A stretch of 64,000 nt of DNA from an uncultured Spirochaetota bacterium (GCA_963835575.1 CAWIGG010000006.1:64001-128000), one strand, 5' to 3'; positions 1-10,638 are shown, counted from the stretch's first letter. Notes: generated from the letters alone by a model not told the origin. Program-made: numbers and translations.

Positions 1-2
1 TT

Positions 3-866
3 GCCGTATTGAGAGAAATCACTAAATTAAGCGAGGACCTGGACAAACAGCTCTCCAATCAGCTCGCCACGGTGATCATTAATTACAGGAACGGACTGGC
101 TTCGGAGTATGACAGGATCAGCGCGGAAGTACAGTATAAAAACAACCTCCCGAAAATACTGCAGGCAAGGGACGCCTACACCCAGGCGAAAATAGCGCTT
201 TGCAATTCAATAGGCGTTAATGACTATAACACGGTTGAATTTCTCGGCGATCTGATGGATTATACCAATGTGGTACTGACAAATACAAGCGAGTCCAATA
301 TAATGGAAGCGGCCGCGTCGAACAGTTATAATCTGCTCAGCCTGGATTATGCCGTCAAAACACTGGAACTGACCAAGAAGGTCAATGAGGGGAATTATTA
401 CCCGACAGTTTCCGCGGCCTTCAGTTTTCAGGAAAGCTATAAAAGGGATTTTACCGAAACCGACAGAAACTGGTGGCCCAACTGGTCGGCCGCTTTGCAG
501 CTGACTTATGCCCTGGACAGCTTTATTCCCATTTCCAGAACGGCAAAGACAAGCCGGGAATTCCAGGAAACAATTGATAAGACCCGATTTAACCGGCAGA
601 ATTATCTGGACAGCCTCCGGCTTCAAATTAAATCGCTTTTACTATTATTGGACCAGTCCAGGCAGAATATTGTCAGCCAAGAGGACGGTCTGAAGGAAGC
701 GAAGCTCGGTTTGAAGATAGCCAATGATCAATACAGGGTGGGCCAGGCTTCCACGCTGGACCTTACGGATGCGGAAACGGCCTACACCCAGGCCATGGAA
801 AATTATCTCCAGGCTGTTTATACATATTTTTCAAGTATTCTGCAGATAAAACGCCTGACCGAATAA
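3..866 (+). CDS. TolC-family outer membrane efflux protein (5' partial)
   Basis: Helical OEP-like repeats (YYPTVS; YRVGQASTLDLTDAETAY); directly upstream of adaptor and RND genes; frame open from the window start. Confidence 0.85.
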   Translation, partial: AVLREITKLSEDLDKQLSNQLATVIINYRNGLASEYDRISAEVQYKNNLPKILQARDAYTQAKIALCNSIGVNDYNTVEFLGDLMDYTNVVLTNTSESNIMEAAASNSYNLLSLDYAVKTLELTKKVNEGNYYPTVSAAFSFQESYKRDFTETDRNWWPNWSAALQLTYALDSFIPISRTAKTSREFQETIDKTRFNRQNYLDSLRLQIKSLLLLLDQSRQNIVSQEDGLKEAKLGLKIANDQYRVGQASTLDLTDAETAYTQAMENYLQAVYTYFSSILQIKRLTE

Positions 867-896
867 ATATAAAAATAACGAAGAAGGTGTAAATAT

Positions 897-1919
897 ATGG
901 TAAAGGGAAAAAATAAGTCAAAGAGAAACCTCATTATTTTACTTATTGTTATCGGCGCGCTGGTTTTCGGCGTGACGGTCTTCAGGATCGTGACAAGGAT
1001 CATTGAAAACAGCAGAAAACCTGCTCCGCTGGCGTTCAGCGTCGGTTCCCAGATCCTGAAGAAACAGTGGGTGGACGAGGCCCTGACGCTGGAAGGGCTG
1101 GTCGAAGGCGACCCGCAGGTCTTTATCTACTCACAGGTCAGCGGGAAATTCCAGTATAACACGGTCATGGAAGGGGCGCTGGTCTATAAAGACCAGGCGA
1201 TATCCTACATCGACCGCGATATCGTGGGGCAGACATTTGAGCTCGCGCCGGTCCGGTCATCCATTAACGGCATAGTGGCCAAATTGTTTTTTATCGACAG
1301 GGGAGAGCCGGTCACGACGGAAAAGCCTGTCGCCGAAGTGGCCAATCCGAACAGCATCAAAATAGTCCTGAGCCTGGGGATCGACGACCTGATGAAGGTA
1401 AAAAAGGGAATGACAACAAGGATCTATTATGAAAAGGACACGAACTTGAATCTGGATGGAACGGTTTATTCCGTTCCCCCGTATATCGAGAGCGATATCC
1501 TTTCGGGAAACGTAACGGTTAAGGCGGTCAACAAGAATATGACCCTTAAAGTGGGAATGACCGTTGGGGTGGACATCCGCACCGGAAAGGTTTTTTCCTT
1601 TGTCGTGCCGGAGCAGTCCGTCATCACTTCGCTGGATGAAATATATGTCTTTGTTAATAATCATGGGATCGCCAGGCAGGTAAATGTAAACCGCGGTTAC
1701 TCCTGGAACGGCCAGGTGGAAGTCCAGGGCGATCTCAATGAGGGCGATGAAATTATTACAGAAGGGGCGTTCAAACTCAGCGACGGGGACAGGATAAAAA
1801 CCTCTACCCAGCAAAATGGTAGCCAGCAGCCGTCCGTATATAGCCAGCAGTCGTCAGTCACAAACGGCGCGGCGGGCTTGACGAACCGTCATCAGTCCGG
1901 AAAAATGAAAGCGCAATAA
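897..1919 (+). CDS. RND efflux periplasmic adaptor (MFP), apparently lacking the alpha-helical hairpin
   Basis: N-terminal TM anchor; lipoyl half-motifs SQVSGKF and VRSSINGIV joined by a short linker; VPEQSV and GLNEGD-like C-terminal motifs. Confidence 0.85.
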   Translation: MVKGKNKSKRNLIILLIVIGALVFGVTVFRIVTRIIENSRKPAPLAFSVGSQILKKQWVDEALTLEGLVEGDPQVFIYSQVSGKFQYNTVMEGALVYKDQAISYIDRDIVGQTFELAPVRSSINGIVAKLFFIDRGEPVTTEKPVAEVANPNSIKIVLSLGIDDLMKVKKGMTTRIYYEKDTNLNLDGTVYSVPPYIESDILSGNVTVKAVNKNMTLKVGMTVGVDIRTGKVFSFVVPEQSVITSLDEIYVFVNNHGIARQVNVNRGYSWNGQVEVQGDLNEGDEIITEGAFKLSDGDRIKTSTQQNGSQQPSVYSQQSSVTNGAAGLTNRHQSGKMKAQ

Positions 1920-2001
1920 GCTGAGGACTTTTGAATTCTGACTAAAGACGCACGACTGAGCTGCTTCTTTCTGAATTAATTCTCTAAGAAGGAGGAATAT
2001 T

Positions 2002-5000
2002 ATGAGTATAGCAGGCATTGCAATAAAAAGGCCCGTTTTTACCGTGATGATCGTGTTGTCCATCATCACGATCGGGATCGTCGGCTACCTCCGTCTGCCG
2101 GTAGACCTGCTCCCGAATATCGATTTTCCGGTTATCTATGTTGTGACGCAATATCCCGGGGCCTCTTCGGACCAGGTTGAACAGCTTATCACGAAACCTT
2201 TGGAGAATACGCTGGCCGGCGTCGAGGACCTGGACACCCTGGCTTCCATTTCAAGGGAAGGTTCTTCATTGGTGCTGGTCACATTCACTTCATCGGCGGA
2301 CATCAAATTCGCGGAACTGGAAGTCAGGGAAAAAGTGGGGCTGGCCATGAGCACCCTGCCCACGGCCGTGGCCCTGGCCATATCCCAGCCGGTCATAAAC
2401 CGGGCATCCACGGAAGATACACCGATCATTTTCATGTCCATCAACGGCAATAAATCCATGGCGGACCTTCAGGAAATTTTCGAGAATATCGTCCAGCCGA
2501 GGATCCAGGCCGTGGACGGCGTGGGCGAGGTTGACGTTCTTTCATCCCGGCACAAGGTGATCAACCTGACGGTGGATAAAGGCCTTCTGGCGGCAAGCGG
2601 CTTGACTTACAACCAGGTAGTAAATGCATTGTCCCAGAGAAATATTACTTTCCCGGCCGGCGAGATTTATGAATCGGACAAATGGATCAATGTCCGCGTG
2701 CTGGGCCTGGCCCAGAATGTCAAGGAGATGGGCGACATCGCGATGACAACCTCCACCGGCAGGATCATTCATATTAAAGACATCGCGAAAGTCGAAGTAA
2801 AACTGCAAGATGAGGTAACCAAGGCAAAGGTAAACGGCGAGGCCGCATGTATGTTCGCAGTTTATAAGCAAAGCGGAGGAAATACTATCGGCGTTTCGGA
2901 TAATTTGAAAAAGGCATTGCCGGGTATTGTAAAAACTTTACCCAAGGGCATTTCGCTTCACACGGTCAGCGATTCTTCGAAATTCATCATGAGAAGCATC
3001 AACGGCGTTACGCAGGACATCCTTCTCGGGGCCCTGCTCGCGGTCATCATCGTCTGGCTTTTCCTGGGGAATTTTCGTTCCACCATCATTACGGCTATCG
3101 CGCTCCCGAACTCGATCCTGGGGGCTTTTTTCCTTGTATATCTGGCCGGTTTTACATTGAATACGATGACGCTTCTTTCCCTCCAGCTTGCTGTGGGCCT
3201 CTTGATTGACGACTCGATCGTCGTGCGTGAAAATATATTCCGGCATATCGAAATGGGTGAAAAGCCGAAAATCGCCGCGGAAAAAGGGACGAATGAAGTG
3301 GGAATGGCCGTTTTATCGACAACCCTTTCGATCCTGGCGGTTTTCATCCCGATCTCATTTCTCTCCGGGGTAACTGGGCAGTTCTTCCGCGAATTCGGGC
3401 TGACTGTCGCATTTGCCCTAATCGTGTCGCTGATCGACGCTTTCACCTCCGCGCCGATGCTTTCAGCGTACTGGTTCAAAGCAGTGGACAAAACAAAAGC
3501 GAAAGGATTGGCCAGGGTTTTCAACAACCTTTCCGGCGGGTGGAACAGGTTCTATAACTGGCTGAACGGGACTTACCAGGATATTCTCCGCTGGAGCCTG
3601 AACCATAAGTCCATCATCCTTTTCGCTGTCATTGTGCTGATGGCTTTCAGCATTTACAGCGCGCAATATATCGGCCAGAACTTCATGACCTCGACGGACA
3701 GCGGCTCATTCTCGGTTTATCTGGAAACCTATCCGGGAGCGCCCTTGGACAAGATCGATTCCTTTGTCAAGGATGTGGAAACCTTTCTGGTAAAACAGCC
3801 CGCGATTGAGACTTTTTACAGCCAGGTCGGCGCAAACGGCCAGAGCCAGATTTCCTCCATATTCGTGGATATGAAAGACCTGAAGCATAGAAAAATAAGC
3901 ACGGAAGCCCTTATGGCGAATGTTAGGAATTATATCAGGGGCAAGTTCGATAAGGACCTCAGATACAGGATCACGCAATCCAGCTTTTACGGCAGCGGCG
4001 GCGGAGGCGGGAATGGCGGCAGTACGTCGCCCATATACCTGAACATCACCGGCCCGGATCTGGCAACTCTGGGGGACCTGTCCCAGACGATATTCCGGAT
4101 CGTTTCGGAAACACCGGGCGCCGTCGATGTGGCGAGCACATTCAAACCGGGCGCGCCTGAGTATGTTGTCCAGGTGGACAATATCAAAGCCGAGCAGATG
4201 GGAATTTCAGCCCAATCGCTTGGATTAATACTGAGGGACCTGATAGCGGGTAACACTATTTCCGAATTTACATTCGGCGACAGGGATTACGATATCATCA
4301 TCCGGATGGCGGCATCGGAAAGAAAAACGGTAAGCAATATAAGAAACATTATGATACCGACAAGGTCCGGTCAGAAAGTACCGCTTTCAGCCATAGCGAA
4401 TTTCACCTATTCTTCCGCGCCGCTTCTTATTCTCCGCGAAAACAAACAGCGCATAGTGAGGATTTTCGGGAACCTGGCGCAGGGATATTCGCTTTCCGAG
4501 ATGATAACCAGTATTACAAAAAGCATCGACAAATCCGTGGCTTTTCCTCCCGGCTACAGTTATTACTTCGCCGGCCAGCAGAAGCAGTACAGGGAGCTGG
4601 TCCCGCAAATGATCCTGGCGATGCTTCTGGCAATAGTATTCATGTACATGATTCTGGCATCTCTCTACAATTCATTCATCCAGCCTCTGATCATCATGCT
4701 GTCGATACCGCTGGCCATTATCGGGGCCTTCCTGGCGCTTCTCATCACGCATATCGACCTTGATATTTACGGCTATATCGGGCTCCTGCTGGTGCTCGGA
4801 CTCGTGGCCAAGAACGCGATCCTGCTGATAGACTTTACCAATAAGCAGAGAGAGCGGGGGCTTTCCATCCGGGAAGCGCTGCTCCATGCCGGCCCCATCA
4901 GGCTCCGCCCGATCATTATGACAACCTTTGCGCTGATCTTCGGCATGCTGCCGATGGCGCTGGGACTGAACGAAGGCTCGCGCGGAAGACAGGCCCTCCC

Positions 5001-5127
5001 GGTCGGAGTGATCGGCGGGCTTTTGACCTCGACATTCCTCACGCTTGTTGTTGTCCCTGTTGTCTATGAATGGGTTGAGTCCTGGCTTGAAAGAAGACGT
5101 AAAAGAAAACCAGCCGATGCTGATTGA
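2002..5127 (+). CDS. AcrB/AcrD/AcrF-family RND transporter permease
   Basis: 1041 aa; IKRPVF start, GLLIDDSIVVRENI, KNAILLIDF, RLRPIIMTT; AGGAGG RBS. Confidence 0.97.
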   Translation: MSIAGIAIKRPVFTVMIVLSIITIGIVGYLRLPVDLLPNIDFPVIYVVTQYPGASSDQVEQLITKPLENTLAGVEDLDTLASISREGSSLVLVTFTSSADIKFAELEVREKVGLAMSTLPTAVALAISQPVINRASTEDTPIIFMSINGNKSMADLQEIFENIVQPRIQAVDGVGEVDVLSSRHKVINLTVDKGLLAASGLTYNQVVNALSQRNITFPAGEIYESDKWINVRVLGLAQNVKEMGDIAMTTSTGRIIHIKDIAKVEVKLQDEVTKAKVNGEAACMFAVYKQSGGNTIGVSDNLKKALPGIVKTLPKGISLHTVSDSSKFIMRSINGVTQDILLGALLAVIIVWLFLGNFRSTIITAIALPNSILGAFFLVYLAGFTLNTMTLLSLQLAVGLLIDDSIVVRENIFRHIEMGEKPKIAAEKGTNEVGMAVLSTTLSILAVFIPISFLSGVTGQFFREFGLTVAFALIVSLIDAFTSAPMLSAYWFKAVDKTKAKGLARVFNNLSGGWNRFYNWLNGTYQDILRWSLNHKSIILFAVIVLMAFSIYSAQYIGQNFMTSTDSGSFSVYLETYPGAPLDKIDSFVKDVETFLVKQPAIETFYSQVGANGQSQISSIFVDMKDLKHRKISTEALMANVRNYIRGKFDKDLRYRITQSSFYGSGGGGGNGGSTSPIYLNITGPDLATLGDLSQTIFRIVSETPGAVDVASTFKPGAPEYVVQVDNIKAEQMGISAQSLGLILRDLIAGNTISEFTFGDRDYDIIIRMAASERKTVSNIRNIMIPTRSGQKVPLSAIANFTYSSAPLLILRENKQRIVRIFGNLAQGYSLSEMITSITKSIDKSVAFPPGYSYYFAGQQKQYRELVPQMILAMLLAIVFMYMILASLYNSFIQPLIIMLSIPLAIIGAFLALLITHIDLDIYGYIGLLLVLGLVAKNAILLIDFTNKQRERGLSIREALLHAGPIRLRPIIMTTFALIFGMLPMALGLNEGSRGRQALPVGVIGGLLTSTFLTLVVVPVVYEWVESWLERRRKRKPADAD

Positions 5128-5138
5128 AAATAAATTTT

Positions 5139-5175
5139 ATTCAGCCGGCCCTGATCAGGGCCGGCTGAATTTTTA
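5139..5175. terminator. Perfect 32-bp palindrome after the RND gene; likely terminator
   Basis: ATTCAGCCGGCCCTGA|TCAGGGCCGGCTGAAT followed by a T-run. Confidence 0.7.
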
Positions 5176-5210
5176 TATATCTTATTTGAACGCAAGTGTT
5201 AAATAATATA

Positions 5211-5245
5211 AAAAAAGGCTGTCCCGGAAATCTCCGGAACAGCCG
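5211..5245 (-). terminator. Intrinsic terminator of the SPFH gene
   Basis: GGCTGT-CCGGA...TCCGG-ACAGCC stem with an A-run on + (T-run on -). Confidence 0.65.
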
Positions 5246-5257
5246 TCTCTTATATGT

Positions 5258-6148
5258 TTATTCAGATCTTTTCTCTTTCTTTAACGGAAGAACACCAGCC
5301 AGTTCTCCGAGAACATTGACGAGGTCGGAGCCTGTCGGGACGACAATCTTCGCGTTATCCTTGAGAGAATCTTCAACCATCTGGATCCTCCGGAGAATTT
5401 GAGCGTTGCCGACAAAGTATTTGTTCGCGGCCTCGTTCACCAGCTTGATGGCCTGTGATTCGCCTTCGGCTTTGAGTATATTTGCCTGCCTGATACCCTC
5501 GGCTTTTTTGATCTCGGCCCTTTTCTGTCCGTCGGCCGCCGTTTCCGTCGCCGTCGCGAAGTCGATGGCCGCAATCTTCTCGTTCTCGGCCTTGACGACC
5601 TTGTTCATTGTTTCCTGCACGTCCTTCGGCGGGTCGATCTCCTTTAATTCCGTTCTTACAACATCAAGTCCCCAGCTTTTTGTCTCATCCAGAAGGGTTT
5701 TCAGAAGATCGGAGTTGATCCTGCTTCTTTCGCTGTTGGCCGATTTAAGAGTCATAGTACCGATAATGTTTCTAAGCGTTGTCCTGGCCAGATTGACAAT
5801 CTGCAATTGATAATTGAATACATTATACTGGCATCTTTTTACGCTGTCCTCATCGAACCTGACTTTGAAATACACCTGGGCGTCAACCCGGGCGTTTAAG
5901 TTGTCATTTGTAATAATTTCCTGGGGTTCGGCGTTCACCATCTGCTCGGTAATATTGATTAGGTACATTTTTTCAATACTTGGTATGATCCAGTGAAAGC
6001 CCGGCTGAGCGAAACGGACGTATTTTCCGAAGCGTTCGATCAGTCCGCGGTGGGTCGGGCGGACGATCCTGATCCCGGAAAAGAAGAGTATGACGACTAT
6101 AATACTGCCGGTGGTAATAAGCCACCCGTAATTAGCTAACAGATACAT
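5258..6148 (-). CDS. SPFH/Band 7 (stomatin/prohibitin-like) membrane protein
   Basis: N-terminal TM; IERFGKY..PGFHWIIP; ITNDNL; TTLRNIIG; coiled-coil tail. Confidence 0.92.
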   Translation of the reverse strand: MYLLANYGWLITTGSIIVVILFFSGIRIVRPTHRGLIERFGKYVRFAQPGFHWIIPSIEKMYLINITEQMVNAEPQEIITNDNLNARVDAQVYFKVRFDEDSVKRCQYNVFNYQLQIVNLARTTLRNIIGTMTLKSANSERSRINSDLLKTLLDETKSWGLDVVRTELKEIDPPKDVQETMNKVVKAENEKIAAIDFATATETAADGQKRAEIKKAEGIRQANILKAEGESQAIKLVNEAANKYFVGNAQILRRIQMVEDSLKDNAKIVVPTGSDLVNVLGELAGVLPLKKEKRSE

Positions 6149-6178
6149 AATTTTCCTCCTTGTTTTTCATTGATAATT

Positions 6179-6263
6179 AAAGCTTAAAGCGTAAAGCTAA
6201 AAGCTGAAAGCGGTAATGAATTGAGATGAATTTAAAACAGATTTATGCTTTCAGCTTTTTGCT
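6179..6263. repeat. Gene-less inverted element of tandem ~7-mers (AAAGCTn)
   Basis: AAAGCTTAAAGCGTAAAGCTAAAAGCTGAAAGC ... GCTTTCAGCTTTTTGCT. Confidence 0.55.
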
Positions 6264-6265
6264 GA

Positions 6266-7264
6266 TTATAAAGACTGCGCCACAGTAATGGCAGAAACGA
6301 TCATAATGTCTTCCGGCGTCGCTCCCCTGGAAAGGTCGTTCACCGGTTTAGACAGGCCCTGGATCAGCGGGCCGTAAGCCTCGGCCCTGGAAAGCCGCTG
6401 GGTGATTTTATAGCCGATGTTCCCGCAATTGAGGTCGGGAAAGATCATGACATTGGCCTTTCCGGCGGCTTTTGAAAGAGGCGCCTTGAGCTTTGCCACT
6501 GTCGGGTCAACGGCGGCGTCAAACTGCATTTCTCCGTCAAAGAGAAAATCGACATTCCTGGTTTTTAAGATCTCCACAGCGCTGCGCACTTTCAGTACCG
6601 AAGGCGAATCGGCGCTTCCGAGCGTGGAAAATGAGAGCAGGGCGGCGACAGGTTCGATATTGAGAAGTTTGCGGCAGGTCTCGGCGGAAGAGATGGCGAT
6701 ATCCGCCAGCTGTTCGCTCGTCGGTTCCGGTACTATTCCGCTGTCGGCGTATATAAAAGCGCCGTCGCTGCCGTAGGGGCAATCAGGAACGATCATAACA
6801 AAACTGCCGGAGACTGTCTTAATGCCTTCTTTCGGTTTAACAATGATAAGCGACGCCCTGACGGTTTTTGCGGTCGGCGTCAGGCTTCCGGAAACCACGG
6901 CATCAACCTCTCCGGTATGAAGCATCATGGCCCCATGATAAACGACATCCTTCATCAGATTGACCGCTTCTTCCTCTGTCATGCCTTTGGCTTTCCGCGA
7001 TTCAAAAAGATTATGTGTAAAATCATTTAATTGAGGGGAATTTTCCGGGTCCAACAATGTAACGCCTTTAAGCGATATGCCTTCTTTCCTCGCGGTGATT
7101 TCCATTTCAGAAGGCTTTCCCAGCACAAAAAGCTCTGTTGTAAACTTCTCTTTAATGATCATTTCCGCGGCTTTGAGGACCCGCCGGTCTTCGCCTTCAG
7201 GCAGGACAAGCCTGCGTGGTGACGCTTTTACAATATCCAGTATTTTTTTCTTGAAGTCGTACAT
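6266..7264 (-). CDS. pta: Phosphate acetyltransferase
   Basis: VLPEGED, LSFST.GS, DGEMQFDAA, FPDLNCGNIGYK, PVNDLSRG. Confidence 0.97.
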   Translation of the reverse strand: MYDFKKKILDIVKASPRRLVLPEGEDRRVLKAAEMIIKEKFTTELFVLGKPSEMEITARKEGISLKGVTLLDPENSPQLNDFTHNLFESRKAKGMTEEEAVNLMKDVVYHGAMMLHTGEVDAVVSGSLTPTAKTVRASLIIVKPKEGIKTVSGSFVMIVPDCPYGSDGAFIYADSGIVPEPTSEQLADIAISSAETCRKLLNIEPVAALLSFSTLGSADSPSVLKVRSAVEILKTRNVDFLFDGEMQFDAAVDPTVAKLKAPLSKAAGKANVMIFPDLNCGNIGYKITQRLSRAEAYGPLIQGLSKPVNDLSRGATPEDIMIVSAITVAQSL

Positions 7265-7295
7265 AATAAGCCCCTTTTCTATTCCGATTCAGCGT

Positions 7296-7862
7296 TCATT
7301 TTTTTGAGAATTTCTGCTTTAATTTTTGAAGAACAAAAGGATGGACTTTTTGTGAGATATCCCCGCCCAATTTCGCGACTTCTTTGACCATGGAAGAACT
7401 GGTAAAAAGATTTTCATCGCTTGCCATAAAAAACATCGTTTCAGCGGATTTGTTCAGTGAAGAATTCAGCGAAGCAAGCTGAAGCTCATATTCAAAGTCG
7501 GAGATGGCGCGCAGGCCCCTGACTATGGCAACCGCGTTTTCATTTGCCGCGAAGCCGACAAGAAGTCCGGAAAATTTCTTTACAATAATATTTTTTTCGC
7601 CGTCAAACATGGCTTGAAGCATTTCGAGCCTTTCATCAACTGAAAAGAGAGATTCCTTGGCGTCATTTTCCGTTACGCCGATGATCAATTCATCGAAAAT
7701 GCGGGATGCCCTTTTAGCGATATCGCTGTGACCGTTTGTCGGCGGATCGAATGTGCCCGGATAGACGGCCCTCTTGAAATCTTTTAAAAAATCGATTTTG
7801 CCTGCGGAAGGTTTACTTTCATTCTTTTCCATATATGAAGTCCTGTAAGGATATTTTAGCAT
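7296..7862 (-). CDS. coaD: Pantetheine-phosphate adenylyltransferase (true start possibly downstream)
   Basis: AVYPGTFDPPTNGH, RGLRAISDFEYELQ, SSSMVKEVA. Confidence 0.97.
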   Translation of the reverse strand: MLKYPYRTSYMEKNESKPSAGKIDFLKDFKRAVYPGTFDPPTNGHSDIAKRASRIFDELIIGVTENDAKESLFSVDERLEMLQAMFDGEKNIIVKKFSGLLVGFAANENAVAIVRGLRAISDFEYELQLASLNSSLNKSAETMFFMASDENLFTSSSMVKEVAKLGGDISQKVHPFVLQKLKQKFSKK

Positions 7863-8010
7863 ACCGGGGGAAAAAAGGAAAGATTTAGGGGGAACCGTTC
7901 TGATAATGAAAAAGGTATTGAAATTAGCATAAATATGATGTATTATTTTTAAGGTTTAATGATGATTTTATGCGGGGGAGTTTATGTTTATTAGAAATAT
8001 GGTTCTTATA

Positions 8011-9406
8011 GAGTTATAATAGAAAGTTGTGTATAGGAATAAATATTATAAAAAAGATGGCGTACCCTCTATAATTTATTTACGACAATAAACAAAAGGA
8101 GGAATACGCCATATGCCGAAGCACAACGAAGATTTTAAGCTCTTACAGGCTTTTAATCAAGATGAAACAGTAGAATTTTTATGTCTTGAAGAATTGGCAA
8201 GGATCGGGGCCAGGGAAATAATCAAGAAGGCTCTGGAAGATGAAATTAATGGGTTTCTTCAGGAGAGAGAGCATTTAACTATCGAAGACGGGAGAAAGGC
8301 AATAGTAAGAAATGGGTATCATAAAGCCCGTCAGATTCTCATTGGTGGAGGGGCTATTGATGTATGTATTCCGAGAACAAGGAACCGACTCGGAGGCGAC
8401 AATTTTCAAAGCCTAATAGTACCGCCGTATATGAGAAAAAGCCTGAGAATTGAGGAAGCCATTCCATTGTTGTATCTCTATGGAGTCTCAGAGATGGATA
8501 TGGAGAATGCCTTGAGAGGATTGCTTGGTGAAGAAGCGAAAGGATTATCAGCCTCAAGTATAAGCAGAATGAAACAAGGATGGGGTAAAGAATATGATGA
8601 GTGGCGGACATCCGATTTAAGCGATAAAAAGTATTGCTATATATGGGTTGACGGCATTTACTTCAATGTACAGGGCAGCGAAGACCGTTTATGCACTCTT
8701 GTAATGATCGGAGCCAATGAGAATGGTGAAAAGGAGATTATTCTTGTTGAAGAAGGTTACAGAGAGAATTCCGAGACTTGGTTAGGGATATTAAGAAACC
8801 TAAAAGAAAAAGGTTTGAAAGGTCCTATTCTTTTTATCGGAGACGGAAGCCTTGGATTCTGGAAAGCAGCCAAAGAAGTATATCCTGAATCCAGATGGCA
8901 GAGATGCTGGGTTCATAAGATAAAGAACATTCTAAACAAGCTGCCCAAAGTATTACAGTCAAAGGCAAAAGAGATGCTTCATGAGATATGCAATGCTCCT
9001 GATAAGGATAATGCTATCAAAGCTTTTGAATTATTCCAGGCGGTTTTTAATCCTAAATATCCAGCAGCTGTCGAATGTTTAGAAAAGGATTGGGAGCTTA
9101 TGATCGAATTTTATAACTGTCCGGCGGAACATTGGGTACATATCCGTACGACAAACGTAATAGAATCTACCTTCTCTACAGTTCGATTAAGAACTAAAAA
9201 GATGAGAGGCTGCGGAACCAGGGAAACGATTCTAATAATGGTCTATAAATTACTGGATAAGGCATCCAGGCGATGGAGAAAATTAAGAGGTTATGAAAAG
9301 ATTAGCCTTGTATTGGAAGGCGCTGTTTTTGAGAACGGAGAGCTTGTAAAAAAGGCAGCATAAAAAAATGAGAGGGTATGTCATACACAACATTTGACAA
9401 AAACTC
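8011..9406 (+). mobile_element. IS256-family insertion sequence
   Basis: Imperfect IRs GAGTT-N10-GTTGTGTAT; 9-bp target duplication GTTCTTATA at 8002-8010 and 9407-9415. Confidence 0.93.
8113..9363 (+). CDS. IS256-family (Mutator-type) transposase
   Basis: RNGYH, YIWVDGIY, IGDGSLGFW, QRCWVHK, RTTNVIES. Confidence 0.96.
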   Translation: MPKHNEDFKLLQAFNQDETVEFLCLEELARIGAREIIKKALEDEINGFLQEREHLTIEDGRKAIVRNGYHKARQILIGGGAIDVCIPRTRNRLGGDNFQSLIVPPYMRKSLRIEEAIPLLYLYGVSEMDMENALRGLLGEEAKGLSASSISRMKQGWGKEYDEWRTSDLSDKKYCYIWVDGIYFNVQGSEDRLCTLVMIGANENGEKEIILVEEGYRENSETWLGILRNLKEKGLKGPILFIGDGSLGFWKAAKEVYPESRWQRCWVHKIKNILNKLPKVLQSKAKEMLHEICNAPDKDNAIKAFELFQAVFNPKYPAAVECLEKDWELMIEFYNCPAEHWVHIRTTNVIESTFSTVRLRTKKMRGCGTRETILIMVYKLLDKASRRWRKLRGYEKISLVLEGAVFENGELVKKAA

Positions 9407-9877
9407 GTTCTTATATGCTGTTTCGTGTTAATTTTCAGTTCTACGGGTATCTGCCAGGATAAAAATCCGGATAAAACTTCTTATCAGAAATTGATTAAAG
9501 GCAGTGTGTTTCTCAAGGAGAATGCGACTAATATGATGCACCCTTCTGATACTTTTGTAATTGATCTGGAGACGAATCCTACCACAGGATATGACTGGTA
9601 CTATAAGCTCTCCGGTACGAACAGCGTCCTTTTAATAAAAGAAACTGTTTGCCAGACGGCCGGGAAGAAATTGACAGGATCTCCTTCCAGGAAGGCATGG
9701 AAATTCCGGTGCGTTAAAAAAGGGATGGTCACCGTTAATTTAAAATATTACCGTTCCTGGGAAGGCGAGGCTAAAGCTGTCAATACTAAAAAATATTATA
9801 TAATAATTAAATAAGTTATATTTGATTTTCAGGCGGGAATGTTATAATCTATTTTAAGAAGTTTAAAAGAGGTTTTT

Positions 9878-10549
9878 ATGAAAGTAAGTATTTTATTCTT
9901 TATTATGTTTTTAATGACAGGGGCGGCCCTGGCGGACACTAATACTTATGAAGCCTATTTTAGTAAAATAACCGCGGCCGATGCCGAGGTACTGCTCCAG
10001 GCGATGTCGGTCAATGACCTGGACATGGTCTACGGGAGCATAAAAAGGATCGGCGAGCTGAAATTGACCAATACCAGGAAGCAGATATACGAATGGCTTT
10101 CCCAGTCGAATCCGATAGCAAACCAGGGTAAGGAAGAGCGGTCTCAGCAGCTCCGCAGTATATTCCGGATTTCCATCTGGACGATCAGCCGGATCGGCGA
10201 CGAGAGGGACGCTCAGGAGCTTATATCATATATTAAAGATATCAAGGACCGTGATAAGGACTCTCTGAGGGTCCTCATTATAGCTGCTCTGGGTGAAATC
10301 AGGCCTTCAACAGCGGCTGTCAGCGCTTTGAACAGGCTTGTGGAAACCACTATCGATGAACCGATAGCAATGGACCTGCTGAATTCCATCATGAAGCATA
10401 ATAAAAAAGTCTCGGCCAATTACCTGATCATGATGTCCAAAAGGAAATATTTCAGTCCTTCTTTTGTTAAAATGATCGAGGATTCCGCGAATCTGCTCCT
10501 GACCCAGGGAGAGGCAATGCCGTTGGAGACAAAATCGACAAATAACTGA
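9878..10549 (+). CDS. Secreted hypothetical protein, HEAT-repeat-like
   Basis: Signal peptide; helical units (IGEL, ISRIGD, AALGEI). Confidence 0.6.
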   Translation: MKVSILFFIMFLMTGAALADTNTYEAYFSKITAADAEVLLQAMSVNDLDMVYGSIKRIGELKLTNTRKQIYEWLSQSNPIANQGKEERSQQLRSIFRISIWTISRIGDERDAQELISYIKDIKDRDKDSLRVLIIAALGEIRPSTAAVSALNRLVETTIDEPIAMDLLNSIMKHNKKVSANYLIMMSKRKYFSPSFVKMIEDSANLLLTQGEAMPLETKSTNN

Positions 10550-10638
10550 GAATATACAAAACCGGCCTATCAGGGACTTTGTCATTCACATCTCTATTCA
10601 AGGATTACAGATCAGTAAAGATATTCAATGCAAAGTCT

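Larger units (their letters stand above)
7984..9814 (+). pseudogene. Chagasin-family (I42) cysteine protease inhibitor interrupted by IS256 in its signal peptide
   Basis: ATG 7984 after GGGGGAG reads MFIRNMVLI and resumes in frame at 9416 (CCFVLIFSSTG...); NPTTGYDW, GSP and YYRSWE chagasin motifs. Confidence 0.85.
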
